The notes under the pieces were generated by a model. The model saw nothing but the letters and a program-made list of their open reading frames with translations. It ran no database searches and was not told the DNA's origin. Position numbers and translations under genes: made by a program. From the NCBI GenBank assembly GCA_017484225.1, contig JAFUTN010000003.1, forward strand, positions 4,851 through 68,850: a stretch of DNA of 64,000 nucleotides. The letters are read 5' to 3'. How positions within the stretch are numbered: position 1 is the first letter of the stretch; each line of letters starts with the position of its first letter. Positions 25,991 to 36,605 of this stretch are shown piece by piece. Origin of the DNA: Alphaproteobacteria bacterium. Its GTDB lineage: Bacteria > Pseudomonadota > Alphaproteobacteria > RF32 > CAG-239.

Positions 25991-26916
25991 TTTTTTATCT
26001 CCATTCCCAAAAAATCACATGCCTCGGCAAAATGCTTAGGCAATTTTGCGGTGATAACCGTTTTTTTATTATATATATCACTTAAATCTATTTTGTAAGC
26101 ATGTAAATACAATTTATCCGAAATTTCTTTTACATGCAGTCTTTCCGAACCAAAATATTTGTCATCCCCCAAAATAGGTGTTCCCAAGGCCTCCAGATGT
26201 GCTCTTATTTGATGGGTGCGTCCGGTTAAAGGTGATGCTTCAATAAGTGCAAATTTTTTACCCGCGGTATCTATAACTTTATATAGTGTATGTGCCTTTT
26301 TTCCGTCTTTTACCACTTGCATTTTTTCATCAATCTTTTCAAGAGGTAGTTTTATTTCTCCCTCTGAAAGCTTAGGGCATCCGCGCACTATTGCCAAATA
26401 TGTTTTTTGCAAACCATGTTCTCTGAAAGCCTTTGTAAGTATTTCGGCATTTTTTCTGTCTCGTGCCAACACAAGCAAACCGCTGGTATCTTTATCTATA
26501 CGGTGAACAAGTTTAGGTTTTTCTTCTTTTTCAAACTTGAGAGCCTCCAGCATTCCGTCAATATGTTTAGATGTATTTGTTCCTCCCTGAACGGCAAGAC
26601 CGGAAGGCTTATTGAGAACTATAATTCTTTCATCTTTGTAAATTATCATTGACTGAATATATTCGGCATCTTTAGCATTTACTTCGTTATCCGTTTTTTT
26701 TGCTTTTTCATTATCAAGCGGAGGGATTCTCAGTTCTTGTCCGGCACAAAGTCTGGTTGAACTTTCAGCTTTTTTACCGTCAACTTTTATTTGTTTTGTG
26801 CGTAAAAGTTTTTGCAATCTTCCCAAACTCAAAGACGGATATTCACGCAAAAACCAACGATTTAAGCGTATTCCGTCATCTTCAGGTTTTATTTTGGTAA
26901 TTTTCACACCGGACAT
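25987..26916 (-). CDS. RluA-family 23S rRNA pseudouridine synthase (RluC/D-like)
   Basis: 309 aa. N-terminal S4-like domain, catalytic motif HRIDKDTSGLLVLAR, and C-terminal GRTHQIRAH. Confidence 0.88.
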   Translation of the reverse strand: MSGVKITKIKPEDDGIRLNRWFLREYPSLSLGRLQKLLRTKQIKVDGKKAESSTRLCAGQELRIPPLDNEKAKKTDNEVNAKDAEYIQSMIIYKDERIIVLNKPSGLAVQGGTNTSKHIDGMLEALKFEKEEKPKLVHRIDKDTSGLLVLARDRKNAEILTKAFREHGLQKTYLAIVRGCPKLSEGEIKLPLEKIDEKMQVVKDGKKAHTLYKVIDTAGKKFALIEASPLTGRTHQIRAHLEALGTPILGDDKYFGSERLHVKEISDKLYLHAYKIDLSDIYNKKTVITAKLPKHFAEACDFLGMEIKK

Positions 26917-27282
26917 TTATCTTCCGCCTTTCTTTTTGGTATTAAAATTTCTATTTATTATATTTTTCGGACAATAAGGTCTTAAATTTTTTTTATGTTT
27001 TTCCTTAAATACTTGCTTAGTCTCTTTTATTTCAATAACCGGAGGTAAATCAAAAATCTTTTCTGTTGCAACTCTTTCTACTTTCAATGGAACTAATTCC
27101 GTTCTGTTAAAACCTTCCAATTCTTTCTTTTCTTCGGCGCTTAATTTTTCATAAGTTTCATTTTTTATGCTTATTAAAAATCCGACCTGCTCGCTATCAC
27201 TATCCAAAATGCTTTGTTTTTGTTTTTCAGATAAACGCTTAAAGTCATCATAAAGAATTATGATTTTAACTATTGGTTCCAT
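26917..27282 (-). CDS. Hypothetical protein
   Basis: 121-aa ORF tightly packed between rarA and the pseudouridine synthase. No recognisable motif; basic C-terminus. Confidence 0.45.
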   Translation of the reverse strand: MEPIVKIIILYDDFKRLSEKQKQSILDSDSEQVGFLISIKNETYEKLSAEEKKELEGFNRTELVPLKVERVATEKIFDLPPVIEIKETKQVFKEKHKKNLRPYCPKNIINRNFNTKKKGGR

Positions 27283-28601
27283 TATTTTTCATCCTTTTTC
27301 ATTTTTGCCTGTTTTTCGCGGCGAAGATTATCAAAATATTCAATACGTTTTTTGATTTCGCGCTCAAATCCGCGATCTACCGGATAATAAAATTTTTGCC
27401 GTCTCATTCCTTCAGGAAAATAATCCTGTCCCGAAAAACCGTCTTCCAAATCCTGATCATAAATATATCCGTCGCTGTAACCCAAATTTTTCATTAATTT
27501 AGTGGGAGCATTCAAAATGTGCTTCGGCGGCATTAATGAACCGGTCTTTTTTGCCGCATCATACGCTGCATACATTGCTTTATATACACCTGCTGATTTC
27601 GGAGCCGTAGCCAAATATGCCGTCAACTGTAAAACCGCCAAATCTCCTTCAGGAGAACCAAGTCTTTCATAAGTTTCACAACAGGCAACGGCTTGATTTA
27701 CGGCATTCGGGTCCGCAAGCGAAACATCTTCTATTGAAAATCTCAACAACCGACGCAAAATATAACGCGGATCTTCTCCGGAAACTAACATTCGCGAAAC
27801 CCAATAAAGCGCAGCATCAACATCCGAACCGCGCATAGATTTATGCACGGCAGAAATAAGATTATAATGTCCGTCTCTTCCTTTATCATAAACAGGTGCT
27901 CTTGAGCGAATTATTTTGATGATGTCTTCTTTATTAAAAATTTCGCCGGATTTTGCGTATGCCCATATATTTTCGGCAATATTTAATATATATCTGCCAT
28001 CGCCGTCAGCTATTTCTTTGATAAATGTTCTGGCTTCATCATCTATCGGAAGTTTATGTCCTTCTTGTTTTTCCGCTCGCTGTAACAGCTCTTCAAAATT
28101 ATCCGGTGTTAAACGATTAAGCACAAAAACCTGACACCGCGAAAGCAAAGCGGAATTAAGTTCAAATGACGGATTTTCTGTGGTTGCACCTACTAATATA
28201 ACGGTTCCGTTTTCAACATAAGGCAAAAAACCGTCTTGCTGCGATTTATTAAATCTGTGAATTTCATCAACAAATAAGAGTGTTCCCTTTCCTTGATTTT
28301 TCCGCCTTTCTTCGGCATATTGAAAAACACGTTTTAAATCAGCAACACCGGAAAATACGGCAGAAATTTGTTCAAAGTAAAGATTTGTGTGTTCAGCCAT
28401 AAGTCTGGCTATTGTTGTTTTACCGCACCCCGGAGGTCCCCATAAAATAAATGATGTTATTTTACCGGATTCCAACATTCTTCCTAAAGGAGCATCTTTG
28501 CCGACAATATGGTCTTGTCCGACAACATCACCAAGTTTCGTCGGACGAAGCCTGTCGGCTAAAGGACGTTTAATATTAGAGGAAAAAAGTGTTTCTTCCA
28601 T
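27282..28601 (-). CDS. rarA: Replication-associated recombination protein A (AAA+ ATPase)
   Basis: 439 aa. Walker A GPPGCGKTT, LFVDEIHRFNK, and a MgsA-type C-terminal domain (HYNLISAVHKSMRGSDVDAALYW). Confidence 0.93.
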   Translation of the reverse strand: MEETLFSSNIKRPLADRLRPTKLGDVVGQDHIVGKDAPLGRMLESGKITSFILWGPPGCGKTTIARLMAEHTNLYFEQISAVFSGVADLKRVFQYAEERRKNQGKGTLLFVDEIHRFNKSQQDGFLPYVENGTVILVGATTENPSFELNSALLSRCQVFVLNRLTPDNFEELLQRAEKQEGHKLPIDDEARTFIKEIADGDGRYILNIAENIWAYAKSGEIFNKEDIIKIIRSRAPVYDKGRDGHYNLISAVHKSMRGSDVDAALYWVSRMLVSGEDPRYILRRLLRFSIEDVSLADPNAVNQAVACCETYERLGSPEGDLAVLQLTAYLATAPKSAGVYKAMYAAYDAAKKTGSLMPPKHILNAPTKLMKNLGYSDGYIYDQDLEDGFSGQDYFPEGMRRQKFYYPVDRGFEREIKKRIEYFDNLRREKQAKMKKDEK

Positions 28602-28602
28602 T

Positions 28603-29691
28603 TTATCTCTCGTATCCCCCGCCCCTTGTATTTTGATTTATCGGTTGATGATGCTGTTTTTCTTCTTTAGTTTCTTTCATTTTTTGATCTAAAAATTCCT
28701 GTTTGCGCTTTTCTATTACTTTTCGCAAATCATCAACATTACTTTCCTGAGGCTCTTCATTTGTTTTTTGAGAATGTTTTTCATTAAATTTTTCCATTAT
28801 TCTTTTATCAGAATCTTCACGTTTAAAACTGTCTATTATTTCTTTTCCTTTTTTAAACATGGTTTTAAAATCAGTTCCTCCTTTGGTTGTATCCCAGTCA
28901 AATCCTCCGCGGCTATGGAAAAATTCAGAAAAATCAATTCCTTTCATTTTACGTTTAGGTTTTTGTTTTTTAGGAGCTAAAATTTTTTGCAGCTCAAGCG
29001 GTGTCGGTTTATGACCTATTGCCTGTTCAATTTGCGCCGGAGATATTATGCACTCACTCAAATCAAGTTCATAAATATTAACACCGGTAAAATCACAACC
29101 GGTAAAGTCCACCCCTTTTAAATTAACATTTGTTAAATCTATTCGCTTTAAATCAAGCATTGTTAAGTTTATGCGGCTTAAATTCAGTTTGTGCGGATAA
29201 TAGGCTGCCAGATACTCTATAAGTTCCTGCAAATCGGCAAGAGATATGTCATCAATATCTATTCCCAACAAAATTGCGTCTTGTATATCTGCATCAATAA
29301 GGCGCACATTTTTCATTTTTGCGCCGGTAAAATTAGTTCCGATTAATTTTGCGCCGGTAAATACTGCTCCGTCTAATACTGCCTCACTCAAATCGGCTCC
29401 GCTTAAATCGGCACCGGTAAAATTTACATTTTTAAGGTTTGCTTTAGTTAAGTTTACTTCTTGAAGGTTACTTCCGCTAAAATCGGCATTGGCAAAATTT
29501 TCGCCGCTGAAATTGCCGCCTTGTAATATTTTTCCGGTAAAAACTATATCTTTTGATATTTTTTCACCGGCATCAATTTGTTTTGATATTGCTTGCCATG
29601 AATAACTGTTTGACAATATATCGTCAACCGACGAATCTTTATTTTCGTTTTTTTGATGATTATCAGGATTTATTTTTTCATCATCAATCAT
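28603..29691 (-). CDS. Pentapeptide-repeat protein with charged N- and C-terminal extensions
   Basis: 362 aa. Long runs of A(D/N)LxG-type pentapeptides (ANADFSGSNLQEVNLTKANLKNVNFTGADLSGADLSEAVL..). Confidence 0.85.
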   Translation of the reverse strand: MIDDEKINPDNHQKNENKDSSVDDILSNSYSWQAISKQIDAGEKISKDIVFTGKILQGGNFSGENFANADFSGSNLQEVNLTKANLKNVNFTGADLSGADLSEAVLDGAVFTGAKLIGTNFTGAKMKNVRLIDADIQDAILLGIDIDDISLADLQELIEYLAAYYPHKLNLSRINLTMLDLKRIDLTNVNLKGVDFTGCDFTGVNIYELDLSECIISPAQIEQAIGHKPTPLELQKILAPKKQKPKRKMKGIDFSEFFHSRGGFDWDTTKGGTDFKTMFKKGKEIIDSFKREDSDKRIMEKFNEKHSQKTNEEPQESNVDDLRKVIEKRKQEFLDQKMKETKEEKQHHQPINQNTRGGGYER

Positions 29692-29756
29692 TTTTATGCT
29701 TTCTCTAAAAAAAATAAACTAACTTGTATGATATATTACATTTTTATTTTTTACAA

Positions 29757-31028
29757 TTATTTTTTATCCTTTTTGGAATAAAACAAAACTATTATTATAC
29801 AAGGTATACTGGCAAAGCTTAATAAACCGCTTATTATAAAAAACCATTTCCAGCCGACAGCTTGTGCAACAATGCCGCTGCTGGCGCAATAAACATCTCT
29901 GGAAACACTCATTACCGAAGAAAGCAGTGAATATTGAGTTGCAGTATATAATTTATTACACAATGAAGAAATATATGCCACTAAAGCAGTTGTTGCCAAT
30001 CCGGAAATAAAATTTTCAACCGTAACAACTACAATAAACAACGGTATATTATGTCCGTAAATTGCCTGAACCGAAAAAAGCATGGTAGAAAAACACTGTA
30101 AAATAACAAAATAAAGTAACCCTTTTCTTAATCCTATTTTATTAATAATCAAACCTCCGACAATACCGCCGCTGATTGCGGCAATCATTCCGTAAAGTTT
30201 CATCACATTGGCAACCTCAATTTTTGTAAATCCCATATCATCATAAAAAGGATTTATTACCGGATTAAAATAAGCATTACTTAAATGATATGTAAAAATA
30301 AGAAAAAGTATCCATATCCAGTTTTCATGTTTCATAAAATCCTTAAACGGATCAACAACAGATGTATAAAAAAATTCTTTTAATTCTGTCTTTTTCTTTT
30401 TATATTCGTAAGCAACCGCTTCCGATGAAAAAATAATGGCGGCAAGTCCTATAAAAATACCGCAAGCCATAATTTTATATGCCGTATTCCACCCGTAAAA
30501 AGAAGCTGCATAAAGAGCGCCGGCTCCGGAATAAATCAAACCTAAGCGATATCCTAAAACAAAAACAGCAACACCTGATGCCTGCTTTTGCGGTTCATTT
30601 TCAAAACATTCAACTCTGTATGCATCCAAAACAATATCCTGTGATGCCGATAAAAAAGCAGTAAAAACCGCCAAAAATGCCATCACTGATGTTTTTTCAG
30701 CCGGATTAAAACAAGACATTGTAAATATGGATAAAAACAATAAAATCTGAATTAAAACCGCCCAAGAACGTCTTCTCCCCAAAAAAGATATTATCGGAAG
30801 TTTTGTGTTATCTATTATCGGAGACCACAACCATTTTAATGAATAAGGTATTTTTACCAAAGAAAAACTTCCTATCAGAGCCAAAGTTAAACCGGCCTCT
30901 TTAAACCAATATGTTAATGTTCCGAACGTGAGCAAAAAAGGAAATCCGCTGGAAAAACCCAATGCCAACATTTTCAACATTAATCTGCTGCAATAAGTTT
31001 CTTTTACATATTTTAAATAGCTTATCAT
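29757..31028 (-). CDS. ampG: AmpG-family muropeptide MFS permease
   Basis: 423 aa, polytopic. The N-terminus LALGFSSGFPFLLTFGTLTYWFKEAG is typical of AmpG. Confidence 0.8.
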   Translation of the reverse strand: MISYLKYVKETYCSRLMLKMLALGFSSGFPFLLTFGTLTYWFKEAGLTLALIGSFSLVKIPYSLKWLWSPIIDNTKLPIISFLGRRRSWAVLIQILLFLSIFTMSCFNPAEKTSVMAFLAVFTAFLSASQDIVLDAYRVECFENEPQKQASGVAVFVLGYRLGLIYSGAGALYAASFYGWNTAYKIMACGIFIGLAAIIFSSEAVAYEYKKKKTELKEFFYTSVVDPFKDFMKHENWIWILFLIFTYHLSNAYFNPVINPFYDDMGFTKIEVANVMKLYGMIAAISGGIVGGLIINKIGLRKGLLYFVILQCFSTMLFSVQAIYGHNIPLFIVVVTVENFISGLATTALVAYISSLCNKLYTATQYSLLSSVMSVSRDVYCASSGIVAQAVGWKWFFIISGLLSFASIPCIIIVLFYSKKDKK

Positions 31029-31030
31029 CC

Positions 31031-31717
31031 TTATTTATTCCAAATAGCATCTTTTATTTTTGTATCAATAAAATTTTTGTGTTGCTCCAATTCTTCAGCT
31101 GATAAAGAAAAATTTCTGGATTTTAATATTCTGCTTTTATCAAAAACAACGTTTTCGTTTGTCTGATTATTTTTTTCCTCACTCATAAAATTTATACTCG
31201 GTTCATCAATACCCAACAGTTGTAAATAAACTTCTGATAAAAGCTGGGCATCAAGCAAAGCACCGTGAAAAGTTCTGGCAGAATTATCAATATTAAATCG
31301 TTTACAAAGAGCATCCAAATTGTTTCTTGCTCCGGGAAATTGATTTCTTGCTATAGCCAAAGTATCAACAACTCTGTCCCATTCATAGGTTTCATAACCG
31401 AGTTTTTTCAATTCAAAATTTATAAAACGCATATCAAACTCTGCGTTATGTGCTACAAAAATTCCGTCTTCACCAATAAAATCTATCCATTCTTGTGCAA
31501 TATCGGCAAAAACAGGTTTATCTGCCAAAAATTCATTCGTAAGTCCGTGAATTTTAACAACTTCTTCCGGTACATCTCTTTGAGGATTTATATATTTATG
31601 AAAAATTTTTCCCGTAGGTAAGTGATTTATCAGCTCAACAGCACCTATTTCCACAAGTCTGTCACCATTTTCCGGATAAATCCCGGTTGTTTCCGTATCA
31701 AAACAAATTTCGCGCAT
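31031..31717 (-). CDS. dnaQ: DNA polymerase III epsilon subunit (3'-5' exonuclease)
   Basis: 228 aa. Exo motifs FDTETTG, HNAEFD and HGALLDAQLLSEVY. Confidence 0.93.
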   Translation of the reverse strand: MREICFDTETTGIYPENGDRLVEIGAVELINHLPTGKIFHKYINPQRDVPEEVVKIHGLTNEFLADKPVFADIAQEWIDFIGEDGIFVAHNAEFDMRFINFELKKLGYETYEWDRVVDTLAIARNQFPGARNNLDALCKRFNIDNSARTFHGALLDAQLLSEVYLQLLGIDEPSINFMSEEKNNQTNENVVFDKSRILKSRNFSLSAEELEQHKNFIDTKIKDAIWNK

Positions 31718-32298
31718 CAGCTAATGTCTTTCAAAAAATCAATGAGTTTTAATTTTATTATTCCTTCAGAATAGCCGGTGTTTATAATAACATCAACCAT
31801 ATTCTTTTTTAAATCATTATTTATTTGCAATTCATATATTTTTTTAAAATCTTCTTCAGTTATGTTATCTCTTTTAATTACTCTCTGTTTTTGGATATTT
31901 TTATCAACATCAGCCAATATAACATAATCACAATAAATATCCCAATTCATTTCATAAAGCAAAGCTGCATCTAAAAATAAAAAATCAGATGTTTTGCATT
32001 TTTTTCTGATTTTTTTCTTCAAATTATCTTTAAGTAACGGATGTATTAAATTTTCAAGTTCTTTCAGTTTATTTTTATTTCCGAAAACAATATTGCGCAA
32101 TTTTCTTTTTACAAAAACACCTTTTTCATCAAAACTTTCCGGAAATTTATGCTTTATAATGTTAATAAACTTTTTATTATAATAAAAGTATTTAACCGTT
32201 TTATCGGCATCAAAAATATCATATCCCATACTTTTTAGTATATTTGCTATAAACGTTTTTCCACATCCTATAGAACCGGTAATGGCAATAATTTTCAT
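31717..32298 (-). CDS. coaE: Dephospho-CoA kinase
   Basis: 193 aa. P-loop ITGSIGCGKT and the coaE-dnaQ linkage typical of alphaproteobacteria. Confidence 0.88.
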   Translation of the reverse strand: MKIIAITGSIGCGKTFIANILKSMGYDIFDADKTVKYFYYNKKFINIIKHKFPESFDEKGVFVKRKLRNIVFGNKNKLKELENLIHPLLKDNLKKKIRKKCKTSDFLFLDAALLYEMNWDIYCDYVILADVDKNIQKQRVIKRDNITEEDFKKIYELQINNDLKKNMVDVIINTGYSEGIIKLKLIDFLKDIS

Positions 32299-32722
32299 TT
32301 TTTTCTCTCAAAACAAAAAGTTATAAATGTTATCAACAGACAACATAAAATCTGTGCATAAATAGAGACACCTTGAAATTTTTAACAAACTATATACATT
32401 TTGTAAAAATCTTAAAATAACTTATTAACATTAAAAAAATTTATACAGACATGTTTATAATTTTGTTAATAATTTATTAACCTTTTGAAATATTAACTAA
32501 ATATTAATAAATAAAAATAAACGGCTTGTATATAAACCTGTGCATAACAAATTATGCACAATATGAACAAGGATAAACAATAACTAAAAAAAATATTTAA
32601 AATATATAATGTGAATTTTTTTTGTTAATAATTATTGACATTAAAATCTTTATTATATATAAATCCATCATAAACATTAATGTTTATATCTTAATAATCT
32701 AATCATAAAATAAAAGGCTGAT
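32299..32722. other. Very AT-rich 424-bp divergent intergenic region with DnaA-box-like 9-mers (oriC candidate and/or rho promoter-leader)
   Basis: TTATCAACA (32330-32338), TGTGCATAA (32353-32361), and the inverted pair TGTGCATAA (32539-32547) / TTATGCACA (32552-32560). Two TTAA-N7-TTAA sites lie at 32466-32480 and 32493-32507. Confidence 0.35.
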
Positions 32723-33976
32723 ATGCATTTAAAAGAATTGAAGGACAAATCTCCTACCGAGTTATTGACTCAGGCTGAAGATTTAGGTGTAGAAGACGCA
32801 TCTTCCATGCGTGTTCAGGACTTAATATTTGCAATAATGAAAAAACTTTCAGAAGATGATACTGTTATAAACGGTGATGGTGTTATTGAAGTTTTGCAAG
32901 ACGGATTCGGATTTTTACGTTCATCACAATCAAACTATTTGGCCAGCGCTGATGATATATATGTATCTCCGCAACATGTTAAAAAATACGGATTGAGAAC
33001 CGGTGATACCGTAGAAGGTGAAATAAGAGCTCCTAAAGATAATGAACGTTATTTTGCTCTGACAAAAATAAATACTATAAATTTTGATGATCCGGAAAAA
33101 TCAAAATTGAGAGTTAATTTTGATAATTTAACTCCTCTTTACCCGACGGAAAAATTGAATTTTGATATAATTTGCGGTGAAAAAGATTATACAACCAGAG
33201 TTATAGATCTTATTTCTCCTCAAGGTAAAGGACAACGCGGTTTGATAGTTGCTCCCCCGCGCACGGGTAAAACGGTTATGCTGCAAAATATTGCTCATGC
33301 AATATCAACCAATCATCCGGAAGTATATCTTATGGTATTGCTTATAGATGAGCGTCCTGAAGAAGTTACGGATATGACTCGTTCTGTTAAAGGTGAAGTT
33401 ATATCTTCTACTTTTGATGAACCTGCAACCCGCCATGTTCAGGTGGCTGAAATGTGTATTGAAAAAGCAAAACGATTGGTAGAAAACAAAAAAGATGTTG
33501 TTATTTTGCTTGATTCCATCACTCGTTTGGGAAGAGCTTATAATGCTGTTGTTCCTTCTTCCGGAAAAGTTTTAACCGGCGGTGTTGACGCAAACGCATT
33601 GCAGCGTCCTAAAAGATTACTCGGTGCCGCCAGAAATGTTGAAGAAGGGGGTTCTTTAACAATTATCGCTACCGCATTGATTGACACCGGATCCCGTATG
33701 GACGAAGTTATTTTTGAAGAATTTAAAGGAACCGGTAATTCTGAAATAATACTTGATAGAAAATTGACAGATAAACGCTTATTCCCGACTATTGATATAA
33801 CTCGTTCAGGAACAAGAAAAGAAGAATTATTGGTTGATAAAAATACACTTTCAAAAATGTGGGTTTTGCGTCGTATATTAATGCAAATGGGTATGACGGA
33901 CGGTATGGAATTTTTGCTTGATAAACTGAGACAAACAAAGGATAATCAAGACTTTTTTCAAAACATGAATTCTTAA
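32723..33976 (+). CDS. rho: Transcription termination factor Rho
   Basis: 417 aa. N-terminal [15 protein letters not shown], an RNA-binding domain, and Walker A PPRTGKT. Confidence 0.97.
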   Translation: MHLKELKDKSPTELLTQAEDLGVEDASSMRVQDLIFAIMKKLSEDDTVINGDGVIEVLQDGFGFLRSSQSNYLASADDIYVSPQHVKKYGLRTGDTVEGEIRAPKDNERYFALTKINTINFDDPEKSKLRVNFDNLTPLYPTEKLNFDIICGEKDYTTRVIDLISPQGKGQRGLIVAPPRTGKTVMLQNIAHAISTNHPEVYLMVLLIDERPEEVTDMTRSVKGEVISSTFDEPATRHVQVAEMCIEKAKRLVENKKDVVILLDSITRLGRAYNAVVPSSGKVLTGGVDANALQRPKRLLGAARNVEEGGSLTIIATALIDTGSRMDEVIFEEFKGTGNSEIILDRKLTDKRLFPTIDITRSGTRKEELLVDKNTLSKMWVLRRILMQMGMTDGMEFLLDKLRQTKDNQDFFQNMNS

Positions 33977-34041
33977 ATCTGTTGACATAAAGCAAAAATT
34001 TAATGTATATTAATACGTGTAACAAAGAGAGGTAAAATAAA

Positions 34042-34524
34042 ATGGTTGAAAGAAAATCTTTAAGAGGAAGAATGGCTAATAACGAGCCTAATCCGGTAGA
34101 TGTTCATGTTGGAAACAGAATAAGATTACGCAGAACTGTTTTGAAAATTACTCAGCAACAGTTAGCAAAAATGCTCGGTCTTACTTTCCAGCAAATACAA
34201 AAATACGAAAAAGGAATGAACAGAGTTGGTGCAAGCCGATTGTGGGATATAAGCAGAGTTTTAGATGTTTCTATGGATTTCTTTTTTGAAGATATGGATG
34301 CACAAGTTATTAATAACAGTCCGAGAATGCTTAATACCCATGTTAATATGGTTGAAGAAAGAAGTTATTCTTTTGATGATGACCCTATGAGCAGAAAAGA
34401 AACTTTAGAGTTGGTTCGCGCTTATTACAAGATTCCAAACAGAAAAATTGCCGGTCAAATTTTTGATTTAACGGTTTCTTTGTCAAAATCAAGCAGTGCT
34501 TTTCCTATGCAAAGTGATGACTGA
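34042..34524 (+). CDS. XRE-family helix-turn-helix transcriptional regulator
   Basis: 160 aa. The HTH is VGNRIRLRRTVLKITQQQLAKMLGLTFQQIQKYEKGMNRV. Confidence 0.8.
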   Translation: MVERKSLRGRMANNEPNPVDVHVGNRIRLRRTVLKITQQQLAKMLGLTFQQIQKYEKGMNRVGASRLWDISRVLDVSMDFFFEDMDAQVINNSPRMLNTHVNMVEERSYSFDDDPMSRKETLELVRAYYKIPNRKIAGQIFDLTVSLSKSSSAFPMQSDD

Positions 34525-35251
34525 TATTGCAGAAAAAATAAAATTTTTCGGAAGAAGAAAAGGCAGAACAATCAGAAAGGCAAAGAGTTATCTTTTAGAT
34601 AACTTTTTGCCTGATGTTTTATTTAAGCCTGAAAAGGATAAAAAAATTGAACAATATTTTCCGGAAAAGAAAAATAAATATTATTTGGAAATCGGTTTTG
34701 GTGACGGTGAACATATAGCGGAATTAGCTAAAAAAAATCCGGATACAGGGTTTATAGGTGTTGAGGTTTATAAAAACGGAGTAGCTAATCTCCTATCGCT
34801 GATAACGGGAATAAAAGACGGAAATGATGAAATATTGTCTCATAAAATTTGTATAAGCAACGACAGAACAGACAATATCAGAATTTATGATGATGATGTC
34901 AGGCTCATGTTCTCCTTAATACCTGATAATTCTTTTGATAAGGTTTTTTTACTTTTTCCTGATCCGTGGCCTAAAACTAAACATTCGGGAAGAAGATTTA
35001 TTAATGAAAGAAATATAAAAGAATTGGCGCGCATAATTAAAAAAGACGGTATTTTGCAAGTAGCAACTGATCATTATGTATATAAGCGCTGGACATTGGA
35101 GCAAATGCGCAATAATGAATATTTTGTATGGACGGCAAAAACATCTGACGATTGGCGCAATCCTCCGGCTGATTGGTGTGAAACAAAATATCAAAGAAAA
35201 GCAATAAGAGAAGGTAGAAAACCGGTATTCTTTGAGTATAAAAGAATTTAA
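34496..35251 (+). CDS. trmB: tRNA (guanine46-N7)-methyltransferase
   Basis: SAM motif LEIGFGDGEH and LFPDPWPKTKH. The probable start is 34517 (MTDIAEK). Confidence 0.88.
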   Translation: MLFLCKVMTDIAEKIKFFGRRKGRTIRKAKSYLLDNFLPDVLFKPEKDKKIEQYFPEKKNKYYLEIGFGDGEHIAELAKKNPDTGFIGVEVYKNGVANLLSLITGIKDGNDEILSHKICISNDRTDNIRIYDDDVRLMFSLIPDNSFDKVFLLFPDPWPKTKHSGRRFINERNIKELARIIKKDGILQVATDHYVYKRWTLEQMRNNEYFVWTAKTSDDWRNPPADWCETKYQRKAIREGRKPVFFEYKRI

Positions 35252-35301
35252 TGTTTTTATAATAAATTTGTGCTAAATTCCGGTAAAAGAAGAGGTGATG
35301 T

Positions 35302-36105
35302 ATGAATATACTTGCTTTTGATATAGGCGGAACAAAAATAGCATATGGATTAATGAATGAAAAAGGTTGTTTGTTATCTGAAATAACCAAAGTAAAAACT
35401 CCTGATTCTGCCGATAAAATAACCGATTTATTAAAAAAAGCCGTAAATGAGTATGAATTTGACGGATTAGCTGTTTGCACTGCCGGTATAGTAAATGACG
35501 GTAAAGTGGTTTCAAAGCCTCTTAATTTGCCGGAAGGGTATGAAAAAATAGATTTTAAATCATTAAAAAATGTTCCGTTCGTTATAGAAAATGATGCAAA
35601 TGCAGCTGCATGGTGCGAATATAAAATAGGAGCGGCAAAGAAAAATAATAATGCCATAATTTTAGCCATCGGGACAGGTGTAGGGTGTGGAATAATTTGT
35701 GATAATAAACTGCTTAAAGGCAAAAACGGAGCCGCCGGAGAAGTTTCTTTTCCTATAAGCGGAAAAGATTTTATAAAAATAGCACAAAAAAACGGTGTTA
35801 ATGAACAAGATTGTTTTGTTATAAAAAAAATGGCCGAAAATAATAATGAAAAAGCAAAAAATGTAATGAAAGAATGGTATGATAATCTGGTTGGTTCTTT
35901 GGTTGTTTTGAGTAATTTATTTGATACCGAAACTATTGTTATGACCGGTAGTCTGGCAAAACTTATTGATTATCAAAAAATTAATGAAGATATAAAAAAT
36001 AAGTGTATTGGTATTCCTCCGAAAATATTATCGGCAAAGTTTGAAAATAATGCCGGTTTGAGTGGAATAGCCTTGCTTTGTGCGGAGAAGAATAATAATA
36101 CTTAA
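35302..36105 (+). CDS. ROK-family sugar kinase/regulator-like protein
   Basis: 267 aa. LAFDIGGTKIAYGL and ENDANAAAWCE are ROK/glucokinase signatures. Confidence 0.8.
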   Translation: MNILAFDIGGTKIAYGLMNEKGCLLSEITKVKTPDSADKITDLLKKAVNEYEFDGLAVCTAGIVNDGKVVSKPLNLPEGYEKIDFKSLKNVPFVIENDANAAAWCEYKIGAAKKNNNAIILAIGTGVGCGIICDNKLLKGKNGAAGEVSFPISGKDFIKIAQKNGVNEQDCFVIKKMAENNNEKAKNVMKEWYDNLVGSLVVLSNLFDTETIVMTGSLAKLIDYQKINEDIKNKCIGIPPKILSAKFENNAGLSGIALLCAEKNNNT

Positions 36106-36164
36106 AAACGGCTTGTTTTATTTTGAATTATGTTATAGCCTTAAATATATGAGGGGGACTTGAA

Positions 36165-36605
36165 ATGTTAAAAAATTTATTTTTTGTATTTGTTTTGTTT
36201 TTTTCTTTTTCGGCAAAATCACAAATGGCTGATACCATTGGAGCGATGGGAATTCAAGGTGAGCTTACAACAGAAGGTTATGAAGCCATAAATCAAGGGC
36301 AGCAGGCTTTTTCACGAATGAAATTTCAGCAGGATTTAGGTGAAGTTGTTGCCGAAATTCAAACAACCTATTTCGGAAATTATGGCGGAATAAATAAATC
36401 GGCAATAATGTATGATGGTTTCAGAGGTATGGTTTGGGATGTAAAAGAAGACGGAGAGGGTGGTTTTTTTCTTGAGTTTAACGGGCTTGACGGACCGACA
36501 TGCTTTATAACAAAATCAAATCCGGCCGGAGCTAAAAAAACGGAAATAAATTCCGGCGCTGATTGTATGGCAAGCGGAAATAATGTAAAAATATTTTATA
36601 ATTAG
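36165..36605 (+). CDS. Hypothetical secreted protein
   Basis: 146 aa with a hydrophobic signal peptide. No recognisable domain. Its stop overlaps the fmt stop (convergent). Confidence 0.5.
   Translation: MLKNLFFVFVLFFSFSAKSQMADTIGAMGIQGELTTEGYEAINQGQQAFSRMKFQQDLGEVVAEIQTTYFGNYGGINKSAIMYDGFRGMVWDVKEDGEGGFFLEFNGLDGPTCFITKSNPAGAKKTEINSGADCMASGNNVKIFYN

Noticed and set aside
29246-29464. Short DNA periodicity (repeated GCGCCGGTAAA-like units) that could be mistaken for a tandem repeat or CRISPR-like array.
   Set aside because: It is the 15-nt coding periodicity of the pentapeptide-repeat protein on the minus strand. There is no repeat-spacer architecture.
35037-35723. 228-aa minus-strand ORF spanning the trmB/ROK junction.
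   Set aside because: It is antisense to two genes with clear motifs (LFPDPWPK, DIGGTK). It also crosses an intergenic region and has no recognisable domain.
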